Positions 38,952 to 48,433 of a stretch of 64,000 nt of DNA are shown piece after piece. Both the position numbers and the translations under genes were made by a program. The notes below the pieces were generated by a model. It searched no databases. It saw nothing but the letters and a program-made list of their open reading frames with translations, and had not been told where the DNA came from. Location: IMG/VR virus record IMGVR_UViG_3300045988_093513, positions 4,841 through 68,840 of that record; one strand, given 5' to 3'. Origin of the DNA: a virus. The first letter of the stretch is position 1; each line of letters starts with the position of its first letter.

Positions 38952-39374
38952 TTACGTCCCTTCTGTCTTCGATACATACAGACCGTCGGCAGTAGAACGA
39001 GTAATATATCCAGAATCGTTAGTTAATTGAGATACCTTTGTTGGTACAGCAGGTACAGCTGGGATATCTGTTTTCTTTGCGTACCCTACGTCATTCGCAA
39101 GTGCAGACAGTTTGGTAGGTACTGTTGGTATATCAGACTTCTTAGCGTACGTAGTGAGCATGCCACTCAGTGCATCAATCGTCACGTACTGAGCTTCTGA
39201 TGCTGGCGATGTCTCGTAGTTAATGATAGCAGCCACATACCTAGAATCGCCAATAGTTACTGGATATACGTTCATAATTTTATATCCAGAACCAACCAAT
39301 GTAGTAATCCTATCGTTGATTGCCTGGGCTAGAGTATCTGTTTTCTGTGCTGTTACACAGTCTACCTTATACAT
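38952..39374 (-). CDS. Hypothetical structural protein
   Basis: 140-aa ORF. Confidence 0.5.
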   Translation of the reverse strand: MYKVDCVTAQKTDTLAQAINDRITTLVGSGYKIMNVYPVTIGDSRYVAAIINYETSPASEAQYVTIDALSGMLTTYAKKSDIPTVPTKLSALANDVGYAKKTDIPAVPAVPTKVSQLTNDSGYITRSTADGLYVSKTEGT

Positions 39375-39391
39375 ATTACCTCCTTTAATGT

Positions 39392-39421
39392 AAATAAAAA
39401 AGGGGGCGTTACCGCCCCCTA
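39392..39421 (-). terminator. Rho-independent terminator (minus-strand sense)
   Basis: gggggcg-ttac-cgccccc hairpin, followed on the minus strand by T6. Confidence 0.65.
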
Positions 39422-39430
39422 AATTGTGTG

Positions 39431-40093
39431 TTATGTCGTAGCCGTTGGAGTTGCATACGGGTTAGCTACCGTATACGCTGGCTGAGGAAATGGTCTCAGC
39501 TGATTAACAATCATGACAGTCTGTGCACACTGCCCGACATTAAACTGAGCGGCCTGTAATTCTCTATCTTTTTCTGCCAGCTTATCACGAAGTTCCTGCA
39601 TAGTGTTTGCAGTAATCAGAGCACGAGTCTTCTCTGCCTCTTCGTGAATAGCGCTTGTAATAGTGCAGGTATTCTGATAGTTCTCTGCCTTCACAGAATC
39701 AATGTTGCGATTGGTTTCGCAGCAGCACTGTTGCTGTGCAAATCTATTCTCTGCAAGCTGGCTACCAAGGTCGTAGTTACCCTGCATGATAGTCTTTTCC
39801 AGTCCAGCGCGAGTGTTCAAAATAGAGTTATTAAGAGCAAACGTAGAATCAGAAAGCCCATAAGTAACGCCGCGAATCTGTCCCATTTCGTCCTGATGAT
39901 TAAACCCTGCTTGCATCTCTGCCTGAGTAAGACCGCTGCCACGGTTCCCCCAACCGAAGCCACCGCCACCCATAAGAGCAAAGATAGCAATCATCCACAT
40001 AAACCACATGCCACCGCCATTACAGCCAAAACCGTCTCCGTATCCGCCATTGACAGGCATTACGGGCGTAATCCCAGTACCTTCCATAAGCAT
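39431..40093 (-). CDS. Hypothetical membrane/Gly-rich protein
   Basis: 220-aa ORF with a Gly-rich N-terminus and a TM segment (FMWMIAIFALMGGGGFGWG). Confidence 0.55.
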   Translation of the reverse strand: MLMEGTGITPVMPVNGGYGDGFGCNGGGMWFMWMIAIFALMGGGGFGWGNRGSGLTQAEMQAGFNHQDEMGQIRGVTYGLSDSTFALNNSILNTRAGLEKTIMQGNYDLGSQLAENRFAQQQCCCETNRNIDSVKAENYQNTCTITSAIHEEAEKTRALITANTMQELRDKLAEKDRELQAAQFNVGQCAQTVMIVNQLRPFPQPAYTVANPYATPTATT

Positions 40094-40139
40094 ACCTCCT
40101 AAAAGTAGAACAAAGGTTGGAATTTTATATAGACCCTAG

Positions 40140-40355
40140 CTAGAGGTTTAAGCCATACTGCGATAAAAACTGATTAAGCTGTTCCTTACTCATCCCAGCA
40201 CTGTTACCTAGGTTCTGTACAATGCCAGCAAGTTCTTCAGGAGACTTACCTTGGCACATATCGAATACTCGTTTGGCGATGGGGTCAGACTGTACCCGAC
40301 TCATGAACTGGTTGTACATCACCCGCTGGGGATTCATTGGCTGCTGTTGATACAT
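40140..40355 (-). CDS. Hypothetical small protein
   Basis: 71 aa. Confidence 0.4.
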   Translation of the reverse strand: MYQQQPMNPQRVMYNQFMSRVQSDPIAKRVFDMCQGKSPEELAGIVQNLGNSAGMSKEQLNQFLSQYGLNL

Positions 40356-40644
40356 TTACATCCGCTCCTTTCATCTGAGCAACAATACTTTCAAGGTTCG
40401 CAATCCGTTCCTCGATTGTTTTGTTATTAGATGGAGTTTCCTGCAGAACGTATTTGCGAATCACAGCCTTGCCATTCATATCAATAAACTTAGTGCAAAT
40501 AGCACTGTTATCATTCAGCGCGAAATACGATACACGTCCGTCCAGTGGAACACGGCAAGCAGAAACCGCGTCTACATTTGGGACACGCTGGATGACCTCA
40601 TAACCATAATTAGCGTTTGGATAGACATAACCATCAAGGTACAT
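40285..40644 (-). CDS. Hypothetical protein
   Basis: 119 aa. Confidence 0.45.
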   Translation of the reverse strand: MYLDGYVYPNANYGYEVIQRVPNVDAVSACRVPLDGRVSYFALNDNSAICTKFIDMNGKAVIRKYVLQETPSNNKTIEERIANLESIVAQMKGADVNVSTAANESPAGDVQPVHESGTV

Positions 40645-40685
40645 ATTACCACTCCTTTCTTATACCCTCTCTATTGATATAAGAA

Positions 40686-41141
40686 TTAGATGGTTGCTAC
40701 GTACTGTTTGAACAGTTTGCCTTCTGGCATATCTGGGTCATCCCAATAGAGGGCTTTAGCTACTGCGATATACTTTTCTGGGTCTTTGCCTAAGACGTTA
40801 GAGAGGTCACTATACAGCATGTTAATCGCGTAATACAAATCCGCAGGATGTTCAATGTTACGTTTCTTCGCTTCCTCCTCCACTTCTGCAAACGTCCAGT
40901 GCGGGCCAGTAGTACCATCAACGTTCTCCATGTGGGCTACCGCTTTGATGGCGATATCGTTATCAAAGTACGGGCCGCAATCCAGTTCGTGCAGTTTAAG
41001 CAGTAGATGTTTTGCCTTCGGGTCTGCGGTTTCCAAAGTAAGACTATCCAAGTATTCACAGATAGCATTATGCAATTCGCGAGTCTTCGTACCGTCCAAG
41101 GCGTCCGAAGACATGTCAAGATATTTCCTAGCAGTAAGCAT
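40686..41141 (-). CDS. Hypothetical protein
   Basis: 151 aa. Confidence 0.5.
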   Translation of the reverse strand: MLTARKYLDMSSDALDGTKTRELHNAICEYLDSLTLETADPKAKHLLLKLHELDCGPYFDNDIAIKAVAHMENVDGTTGPHWTFAEVEEEAKKRNIEHPADLYYAINMLYSDLSNVLGKDPEKYIAVAKALYWDDPDMPEGKLFKQYVATI

Positions 41142-41157
41142 ATTAGCCCCCTATATA

Positions 41158-41424
41158 TTAAGAAATTTTAGACACATCAATCTTCTGATTCTCAAATTTC
41201 TTGTAAGCATCTAAGTACACCTCATTCTTATCCCCATTAAACGTGACTTCATAATACATGCCGTCTGGCAAATCGGTTGAAACAAGTGCTTTCCAGTTCT
41301 GCAAAGTTTTGGAAAACCATACCACATACACATTGTCTAACGTCATGTACATATTATCACTTTTGTCAATGTGTTCATTTGCGTAATCAAGCACGATTTT
41401 TCTTGCAATTTTCTGATATTCCAT
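41158..41424 (-). CDS. Hypothetical protein
   Basis: 88 aa; SD AAAGGGGAGAG lies upstream. Confidence 0.5.
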   Translation of the reverse strand: MEYQKIARKIVLDYANEHIDKSDNMYMTLDNVYVVWFSKTLQNWKALVSTDLPDGMYYEVTFNGDKNEVYLDAYKKFENQKIDVSKIS

Positions 41425-41564
41425 ACAATTACTCTCCCCTTTCTCTCTGCTGTTAAGGACAATTCATATTAGTAGAATGCTTATTTATTTCAGGCGACCA
41501 ATAAAGTGTTACATCTTGTGAAATATGAGGCACTGCAGTCCAGGAATCAGAATCATGGTGTGTG

Positions 41565-42056
41565 TCACATCTCATAAACCACACTACATTCTCTCCCCCA
41601 CATTAAACCTGTTCCATCTGGAGAAGCACTAAATGTCATATCGCTATTGATTACCCCCCCCGTCGAAACGTTCAGCGTATAGCCATCAGCAGCGATAACT
41701 TCTGCTTCATAGGCCGTACCTTTGGGGATAGTGAAGGAGGATGTGTGGTCTGTGCCACCATTCTTTTTTGGGGTGTATACATGGATCGTCTGATTAGCAC
41801 TTTGTGTAATTGTTACGTTGACATAAGTGACGGCTTCTTTCCATGCAGCATAAGTAACGCCATTCTTTTCTACTCTCAAGTTAGTTGCGTTAGCATCAGT
41901 AGTGCTTCCCAGTTTTACATACCCTTTTGTTCCGTCAACTTCAAGGGCAAGATAAGGACTACCACCCACTTCTTCTGGGGTTGTATAAATGTCACAGGCC
42001 TCTTCCGTTCCGCCTGTTTTTAGAATGTGCAGTTTTTTAGTAAGTGTCCCCATCAA
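41565..42056 (-). CDS. Hypothetical structural protein
   Basis: 163 aa. Confidence 0.5.
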   Translation of the reverse strand: MMGTLTKKLHILKTGGTEEACDIYTTPEEVGGSPYLALEVDGTKGYVKLGSTTDANATNLRVEKNGVTYAAWKEAVTYVNVTITQSANQTIHVYTPKKNGGTDHTSSFTIPKGTAYEAEVIAADGYTLNVSTGGVINSDMTFSASPDGTGLMWGRECSVVYEM

Positions 42057-42104
42057 GTCCTCCTATTTTACCCATATTTGTTTACCATCAATATCTAACA
42101 CGGT

Positions 42105-42233
42105 ATCGTGGTCAAGCGCTTCCAGTTTATCTAGCTCTACGTACAAACGGTCGCGTTGGAGTTCGACGGTACGATACTCGTCGGCGGTATATCCGCCTAG
42201 CCAATGTATGATGGCGTTTTTTATTTTATCCAT
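42105..42233 (-). CDS. Possible 42-aa small protein (MDKIKNAIIHWLGGYTADEYRTVELQRDRLYVELDKLESA)
   Basis: SD GGAGGTAAAGT lies immediately upstream of the ATG at 42233. It is below the ORF-track size cutoff. Confidence 0.3.
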
Positions 42234-42553
42234 ACTTTACCTCCAGGGATGGTTAATGATGTGGATACCTTAACATCAGTGGCCGTTACTACCCCAGTGA
42301 AAGCTGGAGAGGCTTTTGGTGCGTACATATTGAATTTACTGTTGATTACTTTGTTTTGCACTGGGTTGGTACTCGTACCAGATAATGCATTATCTACAGT
42401 TATGCTATTATCTGTAATATCAGCCTTGGTAGCAATCTCCTTACCTTTGTATCTGGTAGTATTCTGTAAGTCAATCTCCCCAGTGAATGTGACTGGGTTG
42501 GTTCGTATACCTTTCCAAAATCTCTTTAGATTATCGAACGTAATCCAAGACAT
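42221..42553 (-). CDS. Hypothetical protein
   Basis: 110 aa. Confidence 0.45.
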   Translation of the reverse strand: MSWITFDNLKRFWKGIRTNPVTFTGEIDLQNTTRYKGKEIATKADITDNSITVDNALSGTSTNPVQNKVINSKFNMYAPKASPAFTGVVTATDVKVSTSLTIPGGKVWIK

Positions 42554-42557
42554 TTAA

Positions 42558-43436
42558 TCACACTCCTTCTGCGGTAAAGAGTCCATCAATATCACCATCT
42601 GTTGCAGAGGCAATCACAAACGCGCCGCCGTAGTTATCCCAACCAATACCGTTCCATACTACGTTATCGCCAGCCTTAATCGGAGAACCGTTAGCATCAG
42701 TGCCACCTGCCGTAGTGATATTGTACATGTCGCCTGTTTTATTCTGTGCATCTGCAGGAAGGTCGGTAAATGCATCAACAATGCCACGATAGATGACGGC
42801 CTGAGAGATGTCAGACTTCTTAGCATAGTCGGTCAGCGTAGTGGTCAGAGAAGTCTTGGATACATAAGTGTTCGCGGCGTTGACCTTAGTTTCAAACGGA
42901 GTAACGTCAATAGTACCCTGTACTGCACTAAGTACCCCATCTACCATCTGCAAGTTAGCGCCAACTTTAATACCACCAGATGTAGTAGCGGATGCTACTG
43001 GCAGTATATATTTATTAGCGCCAACTGCTACCCCAGCCAGCTTGGTTTTTTCAGCAGAGGTGAAATCCTCTGTAGACAACTGCTTACCTTCTGCTTTGTC
43101 AACCTTTGTAGCGAGGTCGGTAGCGGCAGAAGCCTTAGTGTAATACTTGCCATCAGCAGTTGCAGTCTTCTGGTACGCAGACAGGTCAACAGACATTACA
43201 CCTTCTGCACTAATAGCAACATTATCGCCACTCTTAACGCCACCAAGTGTAGTAGAATCTGCGGTCGGGAGCACGTACAAGTTTGCACCCGTGGCGATAC
43301 CAGCCAGCTTAGTCTTCTCGGCAGTGGTGTAGTTGTTATCGGAAAGAACTTTAGTACCGTCTTTCTGCACAAAGATTTCCTTAGACTTCTCAAGGAAACG
43401 AGCCATTTGTGGGAGTTTAACAAATTTATCTTCCAT
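42558..43436 (-). CDS. Tail fibre protein with phage tail-fibre repeats
   Basis: Duplicated 'YTTAEKTKLAGIATGAN' / 'FTSAEKTKLAGVAVGAN' units match the phage fibre repeat (..EKtKLdgI..gAn.Y). Confidence 0.7.
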   Translation of the reverse strand: MEDKFVKLPQMARFLEKSKEIFVQKDGTKVLSDNNYTTAEKTKLAGIATGANLYVLPTADSTTLGGVKSGDNVAISAEGVMSVDLSAYQKTATADGKYYTKASAATDLATKVDKAEGKQLSTEDFTSAEKTKLAGVAVGANKYILPVASATTSGGIKVGANLQMVDGVLSAVQGTIDVTPFETKVNAANTYVSKTSLTTTLTDYAKKSDISQAVIYRGIVDAFTDLPADAQNKTGDMYNITTAGGTDANGSPIKAGDNVVWNGIGWDNYGGAFVIASATDGDIDGLFTAEGV

Positions 43437-44947
43437 TAAATTTTCCTTTCAGCAAACAGTAAGTCAATGTCATCGTTAGTCGCGACATTGTTTGTGATAT
43501 CATCAACATACTTAATAATAGTAGAGTTGTTCTGAACAACTTTATTGTCAGTGTAACTAGTGGCACGGGTATACCCTTCAATGTCACCCGTCTCTCTATT
43601 CTGAACTTCGGTGTCCAACCTATCAGACAACGCCGTATCGGAAGCCTGTAGATTATCAACCTGTGTTCTGATGTTGGCGTTAATCTCATCGTCAGATGCC
43701 TTACGAGTGTTAATCTCGCTAGTAAGGTTACTGGAGAGTTCGCCAATCTTTTTGGTGACATTAGCGGCTACGTTAGCATCGTTGCCAAGAGCGTCAGCTA
43801 GTTCCTTCAAGGTGTCAAGTGCTTCTGGGGCACCGCCTACCAGACTAGCAACCTTCTGGTCTGTATACAGTTTAGCAGTAGACAGAGACTCGGCAACTTT
43901 ATCAGATACCTGAGCAGAAGTGTCTGCACCCATCTCAGCCAGAGTGATATCTTTCTCCGTGTTGTCGAGATACAGTACATGTAATGCACCTTTAGTTTCA
44001 CCCGTCAGTTCCTTCGGTGGGTTCTGCAGGTTGTTCAACTTAGATGCCAAATCGTTAGCAGTGTTTGTTGCAGTTGTAACAGCTGCATCAACTCTCTTGG
44101 CATCAGCCTTGGCGTTTTCCATGTACGCTTCTGTGGTCTTCTCAGATTCTTTCGCAGCTTTCTGCGAAGCACTAGCGGCGTTCATGTAGTCCTGAGTGTT
44201 CTGTTCGGAAGCCTGAGCCCTACGCAGCAGTTCTGCCACGTCGTTCTTCATGTTGGACACGTCCGTCTCGTTATCCTTGATACCCTTCAAAGTATCAATG
44301 GCTTCCTGCACTTTCTTCTTGGAGTACAAAGCCCAAGAGCGAGAGGATTGCGTTAGTCCAGTAGGAGATTCAAAGTCTGGCTCTCTGTCTGGGGTTGTTT
44401 CAGATACCGCCCATGCCTCAGCTTTATTGACACTGCGTTCGATATCAACCATTGCATCGTCATGCGCAGTCTTGATTTGTTCAAGAGAGTAGGTACGCAC
44501 CTTATGAATTTTATCTTCAGCGTCACGTTCCCACTGGTCGATATTAGCTTTAGCCTGTGTCAGCAAAGAGTTGAATGTACTGGTCATGTACGTCATCTTT
44601 TCAGAGACCAGCGTGTTGATAGTGTTTACACCAGACGTACTAGCACTCTGTGTATCCTGTAGTGCTTGCTGTGCCTTCTCCGCATTTGTCTTTGTGGAGG
44701 CTTCGAGTTTCGTTACGTTCGCTTCAGAGGCTTGAATCTTTTTATAAGTAGAGTCAATGCCATCCTTGATGGAAGTAACGTCACCAAGTGCGGCACCAGC
44801 GTCCTGCGTCTTACCGTCATCATACGTAACGATAAGATGGGCTTGTTTATCTAATGCTACACTGGAGATACCGATACCACGTTCCCCTTTCTGTCCGTAA
44901 CGTAACGTTACTTTGACAGGAGAACTGGATACAGTTACATGATTCAC
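43436..44947 (-). CDS. Fibrous coiled-coil tail fibre/needle protein
   Basis: 503 aa, mostly heptad-like, located between fibre genes. Confidence 0.55.
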   Translation of the reverse strand: MNHVTVSSSPVKVTLRYGQKGERGIGISSVALDKQAHLIVTYDDGKTQDAGAALGDVTSIKDGIDSTYKKIQASEANVTKLEASTKTNAEKAQQALQDTQSASTSGVNTINTLVSEKMTYMTSTFNSLLTQAKANIDQWERDAEDKIHKVRTYSLEQIKTAHDDAMVDIERSVNKAEAWAVSETTPDREPDFESPTGLTQSSRSWALYSKKKVQEAIDTLKGIKDNETDVSNMKNDVAELLRRAQASEQNTQDYMNAASASQKAAKESEKTTEAYMENAKADAKRVDAAVTTATNTANDLASKLNNLQNPPKELTGETKGALHVLYLDNTEKDITLAEMGADTSAQVSDKVAESLSTAKLYTDQKVASLVGGAPEALDTLKELADALGNDANVAANVTKKIGELSSNLTSEINTRKASDDEINANIRTQVDNLQASDTALSDRLDTEVQNRETGDIEGYTRATSYTDNKVVQNNSTIIKYVDDITNNVATNDDIDLLFAERKI

Positions 44948-45348
44948 ATGCTACCTCCTTGAGAAATACCTGGGGAAATGAATGCTTTACCGTTACAGAT
45001 TCGTTTAACGTCGTGTCCGTCAAACATATTAACGTCCCAATAAAGCTCTTCCCATTCTTTATAAGAATTACCACCAGTATCAATGGAAGCAGTTTCTTCC
45101 GCACTCAGTGATAAATTAACAATACCATTTTTAGGGTCTACATCTACCTGATGCATCTTTGCAATAACCGTGGTATCCTCGGCTGACGCTTTTACACTAG
45201 CGTAAAACTTGTAATCACTAATATCAATAGGTGTATCCTTTTCTCCCTCAAGGAGTTCAAACTGAATATCAAAGTCTGCCCCCTGAGCGATAACGATATC
45301 AACTACTGGTACTAGCGGTGTTGCATTGTCACAGTTATGTCTGAGCAT
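44944..45348 (-). CDS. Hypothetical protein
   Basis: 134 aa. Confidence 0.45.
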   Translation of the reverse strand: MLRHNCDNATPLVPVVDIVIAQGADFDIQFELLEGEKDTPIDISDYKFYASVKASAEDTTVIAKMHQVDVDPKNGIVNLSLSAEETASIDTGGNSYKEWEELYWDVNMFDGHDVKRICNGKAFISPGISQGGSM

Positions 45349-46283
45349 TGTTCACCTCCATAATTTTTATACAAAGTGTCTATCACTCCTCCGTAATAGG
45401 CGCGTACAATCGGGCATCTACGTAAGGTTGCTTCGTCAGACATTAACGAGCATCCACCGCCACAGAACCTAAGCATATCGCATTTTGCACACATGCCCTG
45501 CTGTCTTTTAATTGTCTTATCCCATTCGCGAGAATATTCGCTTGGCTTACTCTCGTCATGGCAATTATACAAACTCCCATCTAGGTCTATATTGATAACT
45601 GTAGTTCCGTTACCGCACTTGTTGCCATAATCATATTGCCCTGTTAGTTGATACAGAGTTGAGAATATCATCGATGCTTCTGGTACTGTTGCCGTACCGT
45701 TAATGAACCTTTCTGTACAGGTACACATGTCTTTGTACAACTGGTCAACATCGACTTCCTCGAACTCCAACTGACTACTCGTAAAATTCAGAGGGAAATC
45801 AAAGTTCAAGCTAAACTCTTTATCTGGTAACAGCTCGCTTACGCGATTGATTACATCATGTACGACCGTCCATTTTGTTAGCACTGCCGAGATGCATAAG
45901 TTGTCAACGTCTTTAATGTTTGGGTTCTCTTGAAGAACATCGTATCCTCTGGTTTTCTTACTAATTGGTCCATCCCAAGATACAGTTACACCGACATCAT
46001 ACTTATTCAGCCATTCTACTTTATCTTTATCTAGTAACTTACCGTTCGTTATAATGCCGTAACATAAATCAGAACGGTGAGACATGATTTCTTTAATGGC
46101 ACCAAAGTACAACAGAGGCTCCCCGCCAAAAAATACGACAGGTGTTTTCGGCGGTATGGAATGGAAGTATTCCCAGAACCTTGGTTTAATAGCTCTCGGG
46201 ATTTGTCTTTCTTTAATCTGTCTCTGACAACAGTATGTACATTGTAAGTTGCAATCATTCCCTAGAATTACGAACAGTTTCAT
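45312..46283 (-). CDS. Radical SAM enzyme with a C-terminal SPASM/twitch domain
   Basis: 'CNLQCTYC' (Cx3Cx2C), 'FFGGEPLLY', and C-terminal 'CAKCDMLRFCGGGC' (Cx2Cx5Cx3C). Confidence 0.8.
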   Translation of the reverse strand: MKLFVILGNDCNLQCTYCCQRQIKERQIPRAIKPRFWEYFHSIPPKTPVVFFGGEPLLYFGAIKEIMSHRSDLCYGIITNGKLLDKDKVEWLNKYDVGVTVSWDGPISKKTRGYDVLQENPNIKDVDNLCISAVLTKWTVVHDVINRVSELLPDKEFSLNFDFPLNFTSSQLEFEEVDVDQLYKDMCTCTERFINGTATVPEASMIFSTLYQLTGQYDYGNKCGNGTTVINIDLDGSLYNCHDESKPSEYSREWDKTIKRQQGMCAKCDMLRFCGGGCSLMSDEATLRRCPIVRAYYGGVIDTLYKNYGGEQCSDITVTMQHR

Positions 46284-47430
46284 ACGTCTTACCTACGCAA
46301 GCTGTAACAACTTCGCCACCCTGAATATTAAGGACGGTACGAATCAAATCCATGATATAATCTGTTGCAAACAAGAACGTTACCGCTTCCAGTGGAATAC
46401 CAACGGCTGCAAAAATAATTGCACAATCCATGAGCGTCCCGCCGATAATACCTGGAGCACACATCAAAGCTACAGTGGTTAATAACAATACCGTTACAAT
46501 CGCCGCTACGCTTAGAGGTACTCCAAAGATGGATGAGGCGTACATAACATATACACCCACGCAGACACACGAACCGACACGCATCAATACAGAAACGATA
46601 GGGGTGAGGTAATCAATCACTTCATGTGGAATGTCTGTATCTTTTTTCAATAATACGATACGATTTCCGATAGTATTGGATGCGCCACCAGCAATAGCGT
46701 TAGCAACGTCCTCTACAAAGATAGCTCTCAGGAACGATGCCCCATCTACTTTGTGCAAGTAAAGGACGGGAAGTGACGCAAGTAAAGTAAACAATACAAC
46801 CCCAACAATCAGTGTACCAAACATGCATACATAACTCTGTAATACGCCAAGACCAAATTTAACCACAACAGGGTACAGCAATGCGAATACTCCAACAGGT
46901 GCGATATACATGATGCAGTTAGCAATTTTCAGAAAGACGTGCTGGATAATACCAAGGGCGTGTGCGATAGAACTCTTATATGCACTTGTCCGCCCAACTA
47001 AACCTACCATGATTGCTAACGTTACAATCTGTAACATGTTACCCGTCGCAAACGAGTGAACAATATTGACAGGGATACAGCCGTTGATGAACGACAGCAC
47101 TGTAGGAGCCTGTACAGCGACCGTATTTGTTGCGGTTACGACAAACGTAGGTACACCAATTACCCACGTTAATCCTAACCCTAACGCGACACCAATTACA
47201 CTCAAGCCAAACATTAAGATAAAGGCGTGTACCGATACCTTTTGTCCATCATGCATATCGATAATCGCTTTCGCGATAGACGCAAATGCTAACGGAACAA
47301 CACACACCTTGAGTAACGACGTAAACATAGTGCCCAATTCTTTGAGGGGGTACTGTAACCACGCGACATCTCCAAACACAAGCCCTAAACAAAGTGCTAA
47401 CGCAATAGAGATTGCAATATTCCTATACAT
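46255..47430 (-). CDS. Polytopic membrane protein, DAACS/SDF-family symporter-like
   Basis: About 8-10 predicted TM helices. C-terminal 'GIPLEAVTFLFATDYIMDLIRTVLNIQGGEVVTACV' matches the GltP-family lGlP...D.i.Dm.rT.vNvtGd motif. The 'IAPVGVFALL' motif is present; NMDGT is not. Confidence 0.55.
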   Translation of the reverse strand: MYRNIAISIALALCLGLVFGDVAWLQYPLKELGTMFTSLLKVCVVPLAFASIAKAIIDMHDGQKVSVHAFILMFGLSVIGVALGLGLTWVIGVPTFVVTATNTVAVQAPTVLSFINGCIPVNIVHSFATGNMLQIVTLAIMVGLVGRTSAYKSSIAHALGIIQHVFLKIANCIMYIAPVGVFALLYPVVVKFGLGVLQSYVCMFGTLIVGVVLFTLLASLPVLYLHKVDGASFLRAIFVEDVANAIAGGASNTIGNRIVLLKKDTDIPHEVIDYLTPIVSVLMRVGSCVCVGVYVMYASSIFGVPLSVAAIVTVLLLTTVALMCAPGIIGGTLMDCAIIFAAVGIPLEAVTFLFATDYIMDLIRTVLNIQGGEVVTACVGKTYETVRNSRE

Positions 47431-47438
47431 GTATCCTC

Positions 47439-48425
47439 CTATAAATCTAACGCTTGCGCAACGTCACTCCACAATAACTTTGGGTTTTCGAGCCCAATAG
47501 AAAGTCTAGCACAGAACCCTTGCGGATACCGTTCCTTACTTCTGAAGAAATCAGCGATAGAGTAAGTGCACCCGAAAGTTCCAACAGTCTTAAACTGTTT
47601 CAATCGCTTGCAGAACTCTTCTGTTTTTCCTGGTAGTGTAATTAAGCCACCACATCCAGGCCACAAGCAATCTACACCAGCTTCCTTGAGATTATCATAA
47701 ATGTATGCTGCGCCATCTGTGTGCATAATCATTCTGCACGCCAATGTCTGCAACCCACGACTAACCATGTACGCTTTATCTGGAGATACGCAGTTACCAC
47801 GATGGGCGATAACCCACGACAAGTTATCCTGTCCTGGGTTTGCGAGTGGAACTGGCTTCTGTTCTAACCATCGCATGGTATCGGCAAAACATAAACCACC
47901 TGCCACTACATCGCCATAACCGCACACATATTTAGTATAAGACTCAATACATACATCGGCTCCATTCTTAATTGGATTCGAGTAATGGAGAGACACGATT
48001 GAGTTGTCTACCGCCAAGATACCGTTATAACGATGAGTTGTATCCGCCAGTGTTTGTACGTCATACCACTTAGCAAATGTTGTTGGGTTATCAATGATTA
48101 CTAACACAGTTCCTTTAGAGGTGGCTAGAACGATTTCTAGGTCAGGCAACTGACCGACATCTTTTAATTGAACGGTATTGATATTCTTATAGTGCAACCA
48201 ATCACGTGTTTCAAAATATGTTTCGTCGTCGACAATAACTACATCTGGTTGCAAAATATCTAGGAGGGTTACAATAGCCTCCTGACCACTGTTACACAAA
48301 ACTGTACGCCATCCTCCATAGAGTTTTGTCAGTTCCTCTTCCACCTGCCTAATAGGCATGTTGTGTGTTCTTACATATCGTCCAGTATTGTCACTAACGA
48401 CGTTCATGTCAATAGTTGGTAACAT
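47439..48425 (-). CDS. Cys/Met-metabolism PLP-dependent enzyme (cystathionine gamma-synthase/beta-lyase family), N-terminally short
   Basis: 'LCNSGQEAI' (SGM/QAAI), PLP-lysine motif 'ESYTKYVCGYGDVVAGG' (SxTKYxxGHxD), and C-terminal 'RLSIGLE'. Confidence 0.7.
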   Translation of the reverse strand: MLPTIDMNVVSDNTGRYVRTHNMPIRQVEEELTKLYGGWRTVLCNSGQEAIVTLLDILQPDVVIVDDETYFETRDWLHYKNINTVQLKDVGQLPDLEIVLATSKGTVLVIIDNPTTFAKWYDVQTLADTTHRYNGILAVDNSIVSLHYSNPIKNGADVCIESYTKYVCGYGDVVAGGLCFADTMRWLEQKPVPLANPGQDNLSWVIAHRGNCVSPDKAYMVSRGLQTLACRMIMHTDGAAYIYDNLKEAGVDCLWPGCGGLITLPGKTEEFCKRLKQFKTVGTFGCTYSIADFFRSKERYPQGFCARLSIGLENPKLLWSDVAQALDL

Positions 48426-48433
48426 ACATTCTC